A stretch of 64,000 nucleotides of DNA from an uncultured Phocaeicola sp. (GTDB lineage: Bacteria; Bacteroidota; Bacteroidia; Bacteroidales; Bacteroidaceae). Below the pieces are notes generated by a model. The model made no database searches and was not told the origin of the DNA. It saw nothing but the letters and a program-made list of their open reading frames with translations. Below, in pieces: positions 1-8,765 of the stretch (positions within the stretch are counted from its first letter, which is position 1; each line of letters starts with the position of its first letter). The position numbers and the translations under genes were made by a program. The stretch is taken from the NCBI GenBank assembly GCA_944320815.1, contig CALUIZ010000005.1, positions 13,597 to 77,596 on the forward strand, written 5' to 3'.

Positions 1-589
1 CGCGTTCTTTCGCCGTTTTGTCGGGATACATCCGGAGCAGTTCCTCCGAATGAATGAAATGGATGTCGTGGGCGAGGAACGAAGTGATTTGCGGATACAT
101 TTCGCAAATCATGTATTCCGTGCGGCGCATTGTGGCATAGATGCGTGTCACGATGCTTTTCAGAAATTCCACCGTACGCTGTTCGGGAGTGATGACCCGT
201 TCCCAGTCCCACTGGTCGACATACAGCGAATGCAGGTTGCCCAGCTCCTCATCGGCGCGTATGGCATTCATGTCTGTATAGATGCCATATCCGGGTTCGA
301 TTTTATAGTCGGCCAGAGTCAGCCGCTTCCATTTGGCCAGCGAATGTACGACCTCCGCTTCCTTGTCGCCCAAATCCTTGATAGGGAATGTTACGGGGCG
401 TTCCGTACCGTTAAGGTCATCGTTGATACCCATTCCCTTCAGTACGAAGAGCGGTGCCGTCACGCGGCGCAGGCGAAGCTCCGACGAAAGGTTCTGCTGG
501 AAAAACTCCTTTATCTGTTTGATGCCCAACTCTGTCTGTTTCATGTCGAGCAGAGGCTTGTAGTTGGCTGGTTTTATAAGGTAGCTCAT
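1..589 (-). CDS. asnA: aspartate--ammonia ligase (asparagine synthetase A), N-terminal ~196 codons; 3' end lies beyond the window start
   Basis: Manual minus-strand translation from the ATG at 589-587 gives MSYLIKPANYKPLLDMKQTELGIKQIKEFF...VVHSLAKWKRLTLADY...LHSLYVDQWDWERVI...IHFIHSEELLRMYPD. The AsnA hallmarks HSLAKWKR and YVDQWDWE are present. It is absent from the ORF track because there is no stop in the window. The listed + ORF 50..664 is its antisense shadow. Confidence 0.85.
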   Translation of the reverse strand, partial: MSYLIKPANYKPLLDMKQTELGIKQIKEFFQQNLSSELRLRRVTAPLFVLKGMGINDDLNGTERPVTFPIKDLGDKEAEVVHSLAKWKRLTLADYKIEPGYGIYTDMNAIRADEELGNLHSLYVDQWDWERVITPEQRTVEFLKSIVTRIYATMRRTEYMICEMYPQITSFLAHDIHFIHSEELLRMYPDKTAKER

Positions 590-620
590 ATGTTTTTTGT
601 TACGTTTATGTTTTGTCTTG

Positions 621-628
621 CAAAGATA
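621..628 (-). promoter_or_regulatory. putative Bacteroidota -7 box (TATCTTTG) for asnA
   Basis: The plus strand reads caaagata, so the minus strand reads TATCTTTG, matching TAnnTTTG. It lies 32 nt upstream of the asnA ATG. Confidence 0.45.
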
Positions 629-765
629 GTTCTATTTTGCAAATGTGCAATAGTTTTCTTGTAAAACTTAGCAATATGATTGTGTATTGCTTGTGAAGAT
701 AATATTTTGCAAAACAATATAGCCTTCTGCCTTTAGTTCTGGTCCGTTTGCATCGGGTGAGACAG

Positions 766-846
766 CCGCTTGTTCTGTTGAAAGTTCCCGCTTGTTTCTG
801 TTGAAATGTCCTCCTGTTCCGGTCCGAATTCCCGCTTGTTTTTGTG
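766..846. repeat. 2.5 tandem copies of a ~22-bp direct repeat (CCGCTTGTTyCTGTTGAAAkT)
   Basis: Copy 1 is at 766-785 (ccgcttgttctgttgaaagt). Copy 2 is at 788-809 (ccgcttgtttctgttgaaatgt). A partial copy 3 is at 832-846 (ccgcttgtttttgtg), whose ttcccgc pairs with gcgggaa at 846-852. Confidence 0.6.
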
Positions 847-910
847 CGGGAAGGGCAGACCGGAGCCACCCTGCGTTTCGGATGGAACAGGAAAGGATTT
901 TGTGAGGGGG

Positions 911-2524
911 TTAGAAGGAAAACGTCTTCATCTCGTTCCCGGTTTCTCTGTAGAGGTCACCGTTTACAGACACGTTTTTCGTATTCTGCATTTTCAGATT
1001 ATTCTCATTGCCGTCCGTTATGATTTTTACGTTCTTGAAGCTGACGTTTTCTGCTCTGTTCATTACAACTCCTTCTTCTGCTCCGGTCATCGTGATGTTT
1101 TCCATCCGGATGTCTTTGACCGGCATTTCAGGAAGCCCGTTGAAATAAATGGCACGTCCCACGCCATTCACCGTTACGTCTTTGATGAAGATATGGCGGA
1201 AAGCGGGGGTTTTTTCCGTCACTTCCGGTATCTTCTTTCCTTGCAGCGCATTTTCCGTCTCTTCCGTCTGCGTTTTCTTTCCATAGAACAGGTCGAATAT
1301 CACTCCCTCTTTCGGGATGTTGAGCATGTTGATGCGGCTGATATGGATGTTCTCCACCACACCCCCTCGTCCGCGTGTGCTTTTGAACCGCAGTCCGGTG
1401 TCTGTGCCCAGAAACGTGCAGTTGTCCACGAAAACATTCTTCACTCCACCCGACATTTCACTTCCTATCACGAATCCTCCATGTCCGTGAAGTATGACAT
1501 TGTTTCGGATAATCACGTTCTGGCAAGGTTCTCCACGGCGGCGTCCGTCTTCGTCTTTCCCTGATTTCAGGCAGATGCCGTCATCTCCTGCATCAAAAAG
1601 GCAGTTGGTGACCAGAACGCGGTTGCATGATTCCAGATCGAGTGCGTCGCCGTTCTGCGAATACCACGGATTTGACACGCAGATTCTCTCGACGGTGATG
1701 TCTTCGCACGAAAGCGGATGCAGACACCAACTTGGAGAGTTTTTGAATGTTACTCCTTCGAGCAGCACTTTTCTGCATTTCACGAAACTTACCAGCACCG
1801 GACGCAGCCAGTCGCGTATGCTGTTCCATTCTTCTTCTGTTTCTATTCCTTCCGGGACATTGAAGCTGGTGCATGCCTCCGCCCCTTTCAGAGAGCCTTC
1901 GCTTGGATACCAGATGTCTCCTTTTTTGTTCAGCGTTCCTCCTGAGGCTACCAGCTTTTTCCATTGCGAGGCTGTCATCTTTCCTTTCTTTACCGGACGC
2001 CATGTGTCTCCGTTGCCGTCAATGACTCCATATCCTGTGATGGCGATGTTTTCTGCATTGCGTGCGGAAACAGGCGATTGGCACCGGCGGGTTTCCAGCC
2101 CTTCAAATGAAGTCTTTATGATGGGATAGAGTGTGTGGTCTGCTGTGAAATAAAGGATAGCGTTCTTTTCCAGATGCAGATTGACATTGCTGAGGATTTC
2201 AATCGGACCGCTCAGCCAGAGTCCGGAGGGGACAATCACTTTTCCTCCTCCTTTCTCGGACACGTCCCTGATAGCCCTGTTGATGGCTTCTGTGTTCAGC
2301 GTGATGCCATCGGCTTTGGCTCCGAATTCATCTATCGATCTTGAATAGTCGGGAAAGACGGGTTGCGCCACTTTGTCCATCCGGAAGGGAAGTGAGGCGT
2401 AAAGTCCTTCATTTGCAGAAGATTGTGTCCCGGTTGTTAGGGAAGGGTGTGCGGTACATCCGCATGCGGAAAAGATAAGTCCGGCGGATAAAAACCATTG
2501 TTTCATTTTCATCAGTTTTTTCAT
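911..2524 (-). CDS. glycoside hydrolase family 28 (exo-polygalacturonase-like) lipoprotein
   Basis: 537-aa ORF with a lipoprotein-type signal (LIFSACGC). It has parallel beta-helix GH28 motifs: NSPSWCLHP, SQNGDALDL, DAGDDGICLKSG, HGGFVIGSE, GLRFKS. Confidence 0.8.
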   Translation of the reverse strand: MKKLMKMKQWFLSAGLIFSACGCTAHPSLTTGTQSSANEGLYASLPFRMDKVAQPVFPDYSRSIDEFGAKADGITLNTEAINRAIRDVSEKGGGKVIVPSGLWLSGPIEILSNVNLHLEKNAILYFTADHTLYPIIKTSFEGLETRRCQSPVSARNAENIAITGYGVIDGNGDTWRPVKKGKMTASQWKKLVASGGTLNKKGDIWYPSEGSLKGAEACTSFNVPEGIETEEEWNSIRDWLRPVLVSFVKCRKVLLEGVTFKNSPSWCLHPLSCEDITVERICVSNPWYSQNGDALDLESCNRVLVTNCLFDAGDDGICLKSGKDEDGRRRGEPCQNVIIRNNVILHGHGGFVIGSEMSGGVKNVFVDNCTFLGTDTGLRFKSTRGRGGVVENIHISRINMLNIPKEGVIFDLFYGKKTQTEETENALQGKKIPEVTEKTPAFRHIFIKDVTVNGVGRAIYFNGLPEMPVKDIRMENITMTGAEEGVVMNRAENVSFKNVKIITDGNENNLKMQNTKNVSVNGDLYRETGNEMKTFSF

Positions 2525-2647
2525 GGTATCTGTTGTTGGATGATTAAAAGAGTTTTCGATTCCATTTATGGAAGGAATACGGTTTTCTGTACATGATTGC
2601 CATGTGAATCATGAAGCGCGGCAAAGGCATGGACAGGATTGCCACAT

Positions 2648-3241
2648 TTAAATCCGGTCGGCATCGACATACCCGTGCATGACCGCATAGATGGCCAGTC
2701 CTGAAACAGACTTGATACCCAGCTTCTCCGTAATGTTCTTTCTGTGTGAAATGACCGTAGTCAGACTGATGTGCAGTTTGTCTGCGATTTCCTTGTTGAT
2801 CAGTCCCTTCGTCACGAGCACCAGCACCTCGGCTTCTCTGGGTGTAAGCTCGTTTCTGCTGTCTTGCGGGAGGGAGGAAGCCGCCGGGTGGCATATGCCT
2901 CCGTGTCCTGTCTTGCGGAGCTGCAGGATTGCCTTTACCAGTTGGTCCTGTGGCAGACGGGTATTGAGGACCGGAATCCCGTTGAGCTGCGGCTGTTCTC
3001 CTGTCGCCAGCACAATGCTTTTCGGTTTCCGTTCCAGAAAAAATGCCGTATGTTCAAAGTAGATGTTGGCCGATACGAAATAATGCGCATACATGTCGGG
3101 CGTGTCGTCAACCAATTCTCCGAAAGATGGGAATGTCCGAATGACGGCTTCAGGAATCAGTTCCTCGAGAATGGTCTGAAGCCCGAGAGCCGACAGTGTG
3201 TTCGGCTCGAGAATAGCTATTTCCGGTATGTTCGTTTTCAT
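2648..3241 (-). CDS. LuxR/FixJ-family transcriptional regulator with atypical (pseudo-)receiver N-terminal domain
   Basis: ORF 2648..3307 is trimmed to the ATG at 3241 (MKTNIPEIAILEP), 1 nt after the stop of the upstream gene. The C-terminal HTH is LTPREAEVLVLVTKGLINKEIADKLHISLTTVISHRKNITEKLG. The N-terminal half is receiver-like but lacks the acidic pocket (see findings). Confidence 0.75.
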   Translation of the reverse strand: MKTNIPEIAILEPNTLSALGLQTILEELIPEAVIRTFPSFGELVDDTPDMYAHYFVSANIYFEHTAFFLERKPKSIVLATGEQPQLNGIPVLNTRLPQDQLVKAILQLRKTGHGGICHPAASSLPQDSRNELTPREAEVLVLVTKGLINKEIADKLHISLTTVISHRKNITEKLGIKSVSGLAIYAVMHGYVDADRI

Positions 3242-3242
3242 T

Positions 3243-4016
3243 CTAGAACAATTTTTTTTGCCGGATAATCTGAGGGTAGTCAATCGCTTCAAACTTGTCG
3301 AATTCATCTTCCAGCTCGATCACTTTCCATGCAATCAGGTCAAATGCTTCGGCCTTGCTCTTTTCCACGTACAAGGCATATGAAATCTCTCTTGATTTTG
3401 TCTGGAACTTCCATACATAAATCCCTTTTTCCTTGTCGATGGCATGGATGTCAATGGTACGGATATAATAGTCCGTATTCTCCAGGCAGTTGTCTACCTG
3501 CAGACGGTATGATGAGTCGGATGTCTGTTCCAGCCGGGTGATTCCATACAGAAGGGGGCCGCCGGGTTCTTTTGATATGAAGAACGGTTGTGCGATTTGT
3601 TTCCATTCGTTCCCTTCGCAGAGGGTATAAAGATAATATTTCCCGCGGTACTTGTAGAGAGGGAGATAGATTCCGTTCAGTATGTTGGAAAGATCGGCGG
3701 GGAGCGGACCGTGTTTCCGGCTGATGATATCCGTTGACAGAAGAAGTTCCGGGACCTCAAAGTCCGCATTGTATCCAGACCAGAAAAAGCTGTAATATTG
3801 GGCTGACTCCCTGTCTTTCTCTATGTACAGACTGTGGATGTAGTTGTCGTTCGGATTCGGACCTTTATAGAATATTTTCCGGAGAAAGGTCGTGTCGTTT
3901 TCAACAAACGGCCCTTCCTTCACTTTCCAGACACGCTGTGCCTGCATGGAAACACAGGGAAACAGGAAAAAGCGGAGGATCGCCGACAGACAAAAAAAGA
4001 GACAGATTCTTTTCAT
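3243..4016 (-). CDS. hypothetical secreted protein (no family recognised)
   Basis: 257-aa ORF with an N-terminal signal peptide (MKRICLFFCLSAILRFFLFPCVSMQA). It is Tyr/Lys/Glu-rich. It has its own -7 box and is followed 1 nt later by the LuxR gene. Confidence 0.6.
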   Translation of the reverse strand: MKRICLFFCLSAILRFFLFPCVSMQAQRVWKVKEGPFVENDTTFLRKIFYKGPNPNDNYIHSLYIEKDRESAQYYSFFWSGYNADFEVPELLLSTDIISRKHGPLPADLSNILNGIYLPLYKYRGKYYLYTLCEGNEWKQIAQPFFISKEPGGPLLYGITRLEQTSDSSYRLQVDNCLENTDYYIRTIDIHAIDKEKGIYVWKFQTKSREISYALYVEKSKAEAFDLIAWKVIELEDEFDKFEAIDYPQIIRQKKLF

Positions 4017-4039
4017 CGTATATCATTATAATGTATGTA

Positions 4040-4047
4040 CAAATGTA
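4040..4047 (-). promoter_or_regulatory. putative -7 box (TACATTTG) for the 3243-4016 / LuxR bicistron
   Basis: The plus strand reads caaatgta, so the minus strand reads TACATTTG. It lies 24 nt upstream of the ATG at 4016. Confidence 0.45.
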
Positions 4048-4069
4048 AACATTATTTTTGAATGGAGAT

Positions 4070-4114
4070 AAAAAAAGCAGAGATTCTGATTCTTGTCGGA
4101 GAATGAATCCCTGC
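4070..4114 (-). terminator. intrinsic terminator downstream of the FAD-dependent oxidoreductase gene
   Basis: The arms gcagagattc (4077-4086) and gaatccctgc (4105-4114) have 1 mismatch, with further inner pairing. A7 at 4070-4076 becomes a U-tract after the stem on the minus strand. Confidence 0.55.
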
Positions 4115-4147
4115 CTTTGCGGTCATGCCCTTTTCCGGTTGTGACGG

Positions 4148-5803
4148 TCAGTCTTTGCTGGAGTTTGCCGCCACGTAAGCGGCTGCCGCTTCAGCGCACC
4201 GCTCTCCGTCGACACCTGCCGATACGATTCCTCCGGCATATCCCGCCCCTTCTCCGCACGGGAAAAGTCCTTCAACGGTGACATGCTGCAGAGTGTCGCG
4301 GTCGCGGGTTATCCGAACAGGGGATGAAGTGCGTGTCTCTACCGCAATCATCGCCGCTTCGTTGGTCAGAAAACCGTGCGAGCTTTTCCCGAACAGTTGG
4401 AAACCTTTGCTGAGGCGTTCGCTGATAAAAGGCGGAAGCCAAAAGTGGAGCGGCGAAGACACCAGACCGGGAGCATAGGAGCTTTCCGGCAGATCGTAGC
4501 TGAGTTTCTTTCGTGTAAAGTCGGCCATACGTTGCGAGGGTGCTGTCTGGCGCATGTTGCCCTGCTGCCAGCAGATTTGTTCCAGCTTCTCCTGAAAGCG
4601 CATGACGGCAAGCGGATGCACACTCCCCTCTGCCGGACATGTCTGCATGAGCTGTTCTGTCAGCGATTCCGCCGAGCGTTCAAACGCTTCGGCCTGCACT
4701 TGCAGGGTCGGATTGTCTACGTCTTCCGGCCGCAGCTCCACCACCATACCCGCATTGCTCCATTTCGTGCCACGGTTGCTCGGACTCATTCCGTTTACCA
4801 CCAGTTGATGAGGACCGCTGGCTGCCGGCACCACAAAGCCTCCCGGACACATGCAGAAGCTGTAGACTCCCCGTCCGTCCACCTGCTGCACGAAACTGTA
4901 TTCGGCGGCTGGAAGATAATTGCCCCGTCCGTTCTTGTTGTGATACTGTATCTGGTCGATGAGGTGGGAGGGATGTTCCAGACGGACACCCACGGCGATG
5001 CCTTTGGCCTCCATGTGTATATGATGGGTGAAGAGCCAGCGATATACATCGCGTGCCGAATGTCCTGTGGCAAGTATGACCGGTCCGCGGAAAGTTTCTC
5101 CCCGGTTCGTCTCGATTCCGATAACTTTCCCGCCTTCGGTCAGCAGTGCGTCCATCCGCGTCTCGAAATGCACTTCCCCTCCGCAGGCGAGTATGGTCTG
5201 CCGCATGTTTTCAATCACCCGCGGAAGCTTGTCGGTGCCGATATGCGGGTGTGCGTCTGCCAGAATCGACGTGCTGGCTCCATGCTGGCAGAACACGTTG
5301 AGTATTTTTTCTACATTGCCCCGCTTCTTGCTTCTTGTATAGAGCTTTCCGTCGGAATAGGCACCGGCGCCCCCCTCTCCGAAGCTGTAGTTCGATTCAG
5401 GGTCCACTTTATGTTCCCGGCTGATGCGCGCCAGGTCTTCCTTGCGTTCGCGCACGTTCTTTCCGCGTTCCACTATGACGGGACGCAATCCCAGCTCTAT
5501 GAGCTTCAGTGCCGCAAACAGTCCTCCGGGACCCGCGCCGACTATGATGACCGGCCGTTTCCCTTCCACATTCGGATATTCTGTACGGGTAAATTCTTCC
5601 TCTGCAGGCTCTTCATTGATGAACACCCGCACCTTGACATTGACGAAAATGATGCGTTGACGGGCGTCGATGCTACGTTTCAAGGTACGGACGGCCCGGA
5701 TGGTGCGCACGTCGAGCCCTTTTTCACGGCTGATGTATTGTTTCAGCGACTGTTCGCTGGCCGCCTGTTCGGGCAGCACTCTCAGTTGGTATTCTTGTAT
5801 CAT
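4148..5803 (-). CDS. NAD(P)/FAD-dependent oxidoreductase (COG2509-like FAD-dependent dehydrogenase)
   Basis: 551-aa ORF with the dinucleotide-binding motif VIIVGAGPGGLFAALKL followed by VERGK. The overall layout resembles uncharacterised FAD-dependent dehydrogenases. Confidence 0.75.
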   Translation of the reverse strand: MIQEYQLRVLPEQAASEQSLKQYISREKGLDVRTIRAVRTLKRSIDARQRIIFVNVKVRVFINEEPAEEEFTRTEYPNVEGKRPVIIVGAGPGGLFAALKLIELGLRPVIVERGKNVRERKEDLARISREHKVDPESNYSFGEGGAGAYSDGKLYTRSKKRGNVEKILNVFCQHGASTSILADAHPHIGTDKLPRVIENMRQTILACGGEVHFETRMDALLTEGGKVIGIETNRGETFRGPVILATGHSARDVYRWLFTHHIHMEAKGIAVGVRLEHPSHLIDQIQYHNKNGRGNYLPAAEYSFVQQVDGRGVYSFCMCPGGFVVPAASGPHQLVVNGMSPSNRGTKWSNAGMVVELRPEDVDNPTLQVQAEAFERSAESLTEQLMQTCPAEGSVHPLAVMRFQEKLEQICWQQGNMRQTAPSQRMADFTRKKLSYDLPESSYAPGLVSSPLHFWLPPFISERLSKGFQLFGKSSHGFLTNEAAMIAVETRTSSPVRITRDRDTLQHVTVEGLFPCGEGAGYAGGIVSAGVDGERCAEAAAAYVAANSSKD

Positions 5804-5927
5804 GGATGTGGTTTGTTGTTTCTGTCGGTTGGATAATGAACGTCTGTTCCGGACGTGATAAGCGGTTGTTCCGTTCTGAACAGACGGTTGTTTTCTTTCA
5901 GTCAGGCGGCTGTTTTTTGTCCCGGAA

Positions 5928-7289
5928 TCAGATTTGCGGTGCCGGATGTTTTCTGAACAGCTTGAACTGACGGTAGAGCATCACTGCGGCAATCACGCTG
6001 GCCGCCGCGTCGGATACCGGCATGCTGAACCAGACTCCGTCGGCTCCCCAGAACAGAGGGAGGATAATCAGGCATGGAATCAGAATCATCACCTGCCGGC
6101 TCAGGGAAAGGATAATCGCTTTCTTTGCCATCCCGATGCTCTGGAAGAAGTTGGACGTGACCATCTGGAATCCGATGATAGGATAAAACATCACCACAAT
6201 GCGCATTCCTCTGGCTCCTGTCTCTATCAGTGTCGGGTCGGTGGTGAATGCCTTTACAGCGAGTTCCGGAAGCAGTTCCCCTACGATGAAGCCCGCACTC
6301 GTCACGATGGTGGCGGCTATGACCGTGAGTTTCATCACATGGTTCACACGGTGATACTGCTGCGCTCCGTAATTGTAGCCTGCAATCGGCTGCATTCCCT
6401 GGTTCAGTCCCATGACAATCATGATGAACAGGAAGGTGATACGGTTCACGATGCCGAACGCTCCGATGGCCAGGTCTCCGTCGTACTGCTTCAACCCTTT
6501 GTTGATGAGAATCACGATGAAGCATGCCGCCAGATTCATCAGGAACGGAGCCATGCCGATTCCGATGATGTTCGTCACCAGATTTTTGCGCAGCCCGTAG
6601 ATGCCTTTCTGGAGATGGAGCAGTTCGTTCTTGTTGCAGAACAGCTTGAAGAGCCATGCCAGCGCGATGGCTTGAGCCAGCACGGTAGCCCAGGCCGCCC
6701 CTTCAATGCCCATGTCGAACGTGAAGATGAACAGAGGGTCGAGCACCGTGTTGATGATGACGGTCATGATGGTGGCGAACATGGCTTTTCTCGGATGTCC
6801 GGCCGAACGGAGCACAGAGTTGAGGCCCAGATAGGAGTGGGTGATTACATTGCCCAGAAGGATGATTACCATATAGTCCCTCGCATATGGGATGGTCGCC
6901 TCGCTGGCTCCGAAGAAGTAAAGGATAGGGTCAAGGAAAAGGAGTGTGACAATGGTGAATGCGATGCCGATTACAAGATTGAGCGTCACTACGTTCCCCA
7001 GAATCTGCTGGGCGGTCTTGTAGTCTTTCTGCCCCAGTTTCACCGAAATCATGGTGGCGGCTCCCACACCTACCAGCGACCCGAAGGCTGCGGCCAGATT
7101 CATGAGCGGGAAAGTGATGGCAAGTCCTGAAATGGCCATTGCCCCCACACCATGACCGATGAAGATGCTGTCCACCATGTTGTAGAGCGACGAGGCTGTC
7201 ATGGCGATGATGGCCGGGATGGCATACTGTGTCAATAGTTTTCCGATGGGTTTTGTTCCCAGTTCTGTTGCTGTTTCTTTTTGTGCCAT
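5928..7289 (-). CDS. MATE family efflux transporter
   Basis: 453-aa polytopic ORF. The N-terminus KLLTQYAIPAIIAMTASSLYNMVDSIFIGHGVG is typical of the MATE/NorM family. Confidence 0.85.
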   Translation of the reverse strand: MAQKETATELGTKPIGKLLTQYAIPAIIAMTASSLYNMVDSIFIGHGVGAMAISGLAITFPLMNLAAAFGSLVGVGAATMISVKLGQKDYKTAQQILGNVVTLNLVIGIAFTIVTLLFLDPILYFFGASEATIPYARDYMVIILLGNVITHSYLGLNSVLRSAGHPRKAMFATIMTVIINTVLDPLFIFTFDMGIEGAAWATVLAQAIALAWLFKLFCNKNELLHLQKGIYGLRKNLVTNIIGIGMAPFLMNLAACFIVILINKGLKQYDGDLAIGAFGIVNRITFLFIMIVMGLNQGMQPIAGYNYGAQQYHRVNHVMKLTVIAATIVTSAGFIVGELLPELAVKAFTTDPTLIETGARGMRIVVMFYPIIGFQMVTSNFFQSIGMAKKAIILSLSRQVMILIPCLIILPLFWGADGVWFSMPVSDAAASVIAAVMLYRQFKLFRKHPAPQI

Positions 7290-7312
7290 AGTTCTTTTCG
7301 TTAAAAACTGTG

Positions 7313-7320
7313 CAAAGTTA
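7313..7320 (-). promoter_or_regulatory. putative -7 box (TAACTTTG) for the MATE gene
   Basis: The plus strand reads caaagtta. It lies 24 nt upstream of the ATG at 7289. Confidence 0.45.
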
Positions 7321-7350
7321 CGCTTTTTTCGCCAAAAGGAAAAGTTTGTG

Positions 7351-7358
7351 TATCTTTG
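7351..7358 (+). promoter_or_regulatory. putative -7 box (TATCTTTG) for the S8 peptidase-xseA-xseB unit
   Basis: tatctttg lies 22 nt upstream of the ATG at 7380 and is divergent from the MATE promoter. Confidence 0.45.
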
Positions 7359-7379
7359 CGGTTTTAAAAATGCAATCGG

Positions 7380-8765
7380 ATGAATCTGAAGAATATCGGA
7401 CTATGTGTGTGTATGCTGGGCGTTGCGGCCACAGCATCGGGAGAGACTCTTTCTTATCGGTATCGTGTGCAGTTGAAAGACAAGGCACTGACCACTTTCC
7501 GGCTTGACCGTCCGGAAGAGTTCCTCTCTTCGCGTTCTGTGGAGCGGAGGATGCGTCAGGGGCTGGAGGTTGACTCTACGGATCTTCCTGTATGCGCCGC
7601 TTATCTCCGTCGGCTGGAAGAGCAGGGCGGGAGAATCGTGTCGTCTAGCAAGTGGAACAATACGGTGCTGGTGGAGACCGGAAACGAACAGACTGCGGAA
7701 CGTTTTCTTGCCAATCCTTTTGTGGTGTCGGTGCGCAAGGTATGGGTCTCTTCCGGTCCTGTTCAGGCACGTCCGTCAGGCCGCAAGAAGGAGGTGGACA
7801 ACAAGTGGACTGAACAGACAGACCCGTATGGCGTGGGAGCCGACCAGATACGGATGCATCACGGCGACAGCATCCATAATGCCGGATTCCGCGGGAAGGG
7901 AATGGAAATTGCAGTGATAGATGCCGGATATTACAATGTGGATGCGATGAAGATATTCAGGAAGATGGACATATTGGGAACCCGTGATTTCGTGAATCCG
8001 GAGTCGGACATTTATGCGGAGCACGACCATGGGATGAAAGTGCTTTCCTGTCTGGCGGCCAACATGCCTCATGTGATGGTAGGGACGGCCCCAGAGGCTG
8101 GCTACTGGCTTCTGCGTACGGAAGACAGCGATTCGGAACAGCCGGCGGAAGAGGATAACTGGGCGGCTGCCATCGAGTTTGCCGACAGTGTGGGAGTCGA
8201 TGTGGTGAACACCTCGCTCGGTTATTTTTCATTCAACGACGCGATGGACAATTATACTTACCGTGAACTTGACGGGCATACTTCGCTGATGGCAGCTTCT
8301 GCCTCGCGGGCTGCCGACAAGGGGATTCTGGTGGTTTGCAGTGCCGGCAATTCAGGCGCAGCCACATGGAAGAAAATCACTCCTCCGGCTGATGCGGAAA
8401 ATGTGCTGACGGTGGGAGCTGTCGATGTGATGGGGCTGAACGCGCCTTTTTCGTCGGTGGGAAATACGGCCGACAACCGTATCAAGCCGGATGTGATGGC
8501 GATGGGTGTGCATACGGCCGTGGTGGGCAAGAATGGCGGAACGGCCTATGCCAACGGAACTTCGTTCGCCTCGCCGGTGTTTTGCGGCTTGGCGGCCTGT
8601 TTGTGGCAAGCCTGCCCGTGGCTGACTGTCCGCCAACTGATTGACGTGGTGCATCGGGCGAGCGACCGCTCTTCTTATCCGGACAACATTTATGGGTATG
8701 GGGTGACGGACATCTGGAAAGCTTATCATCTGGCTCTTGAACTGAAGGAGGACGATGGTGAATGA
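7380..8765 (+). CDS. S8 family (subtilisin-like) serine peptidase, secreted
   Basis: 461 aa with a signal peptide. The catalytic triad contexts are VIDAGY (Asp), HDHGMKV (His) and GTSFASPVFCG (Ser). Confidence 0.85.
   Translation: MNLKNIGLCVCMLGVAATASGETLSYRYRVQLKDKALTTFRLDRPEEFLSSRSVERRMRQGLEVDSTDLPVCAAYLRRLEEQGGRIVSSSKWNNTVLVETGNEQTAERFLANPFVVSVRKVWVSSGPVQARPSGRKKEVDNKWTEQTDPYGVGADQIRMHHGDSIHNAGFRGKGMEIAVIDAGYYNVDAMKIFRKMDILGTRDFVNPESDIYAEHDHGMKVLSCLAANMPHVMVGTAPEAGYWLLRTEDSDSEQPAEEDNWAAAIEFADSVGVDVVNTSLGYFSFNDAMDNYTYRELDGHTSLMAASASRAADKGILVVCSAGNSGAATWKKITPPADAENVLTVGAVDVMGLNAPFSSVGNTADNRIKPDVMAMGVHTAVVGKNGGTAYANGTSFASPVFCGLAACLWQACPWLTVRQLIDVVHRASDRSSYPDNIYGYGVTDIWKAYHLALELKEDDGE

Noticed and set aside
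50-664. A 204-aa plus-strand ORF at the window start.
   Set aside because: The opposite strand encodes an unmistakable AsnA N-terminus starting at 589. The + ORF is its shadow.
606-869. An 87-aa minus-strand ORF in the GH28-asnA intergenic region.
   Set aside because: Its translation is Arg/Lys/Thr-rich with no start context. It overlaps the asnA promoter box and the tandem repeats, so the region is better explained as non-coding.
4376-7130. Long plus-strand ORFs 4376..5836 (486 aa) and 5934..7130 (398 aa).
   Set aside because: They are antisense shadows of the FAD-dependent oxidoreductase and MATE genes. Their composition is Arg/His-rich nonsense, and the opposite-strand genes carry clear family motifs.
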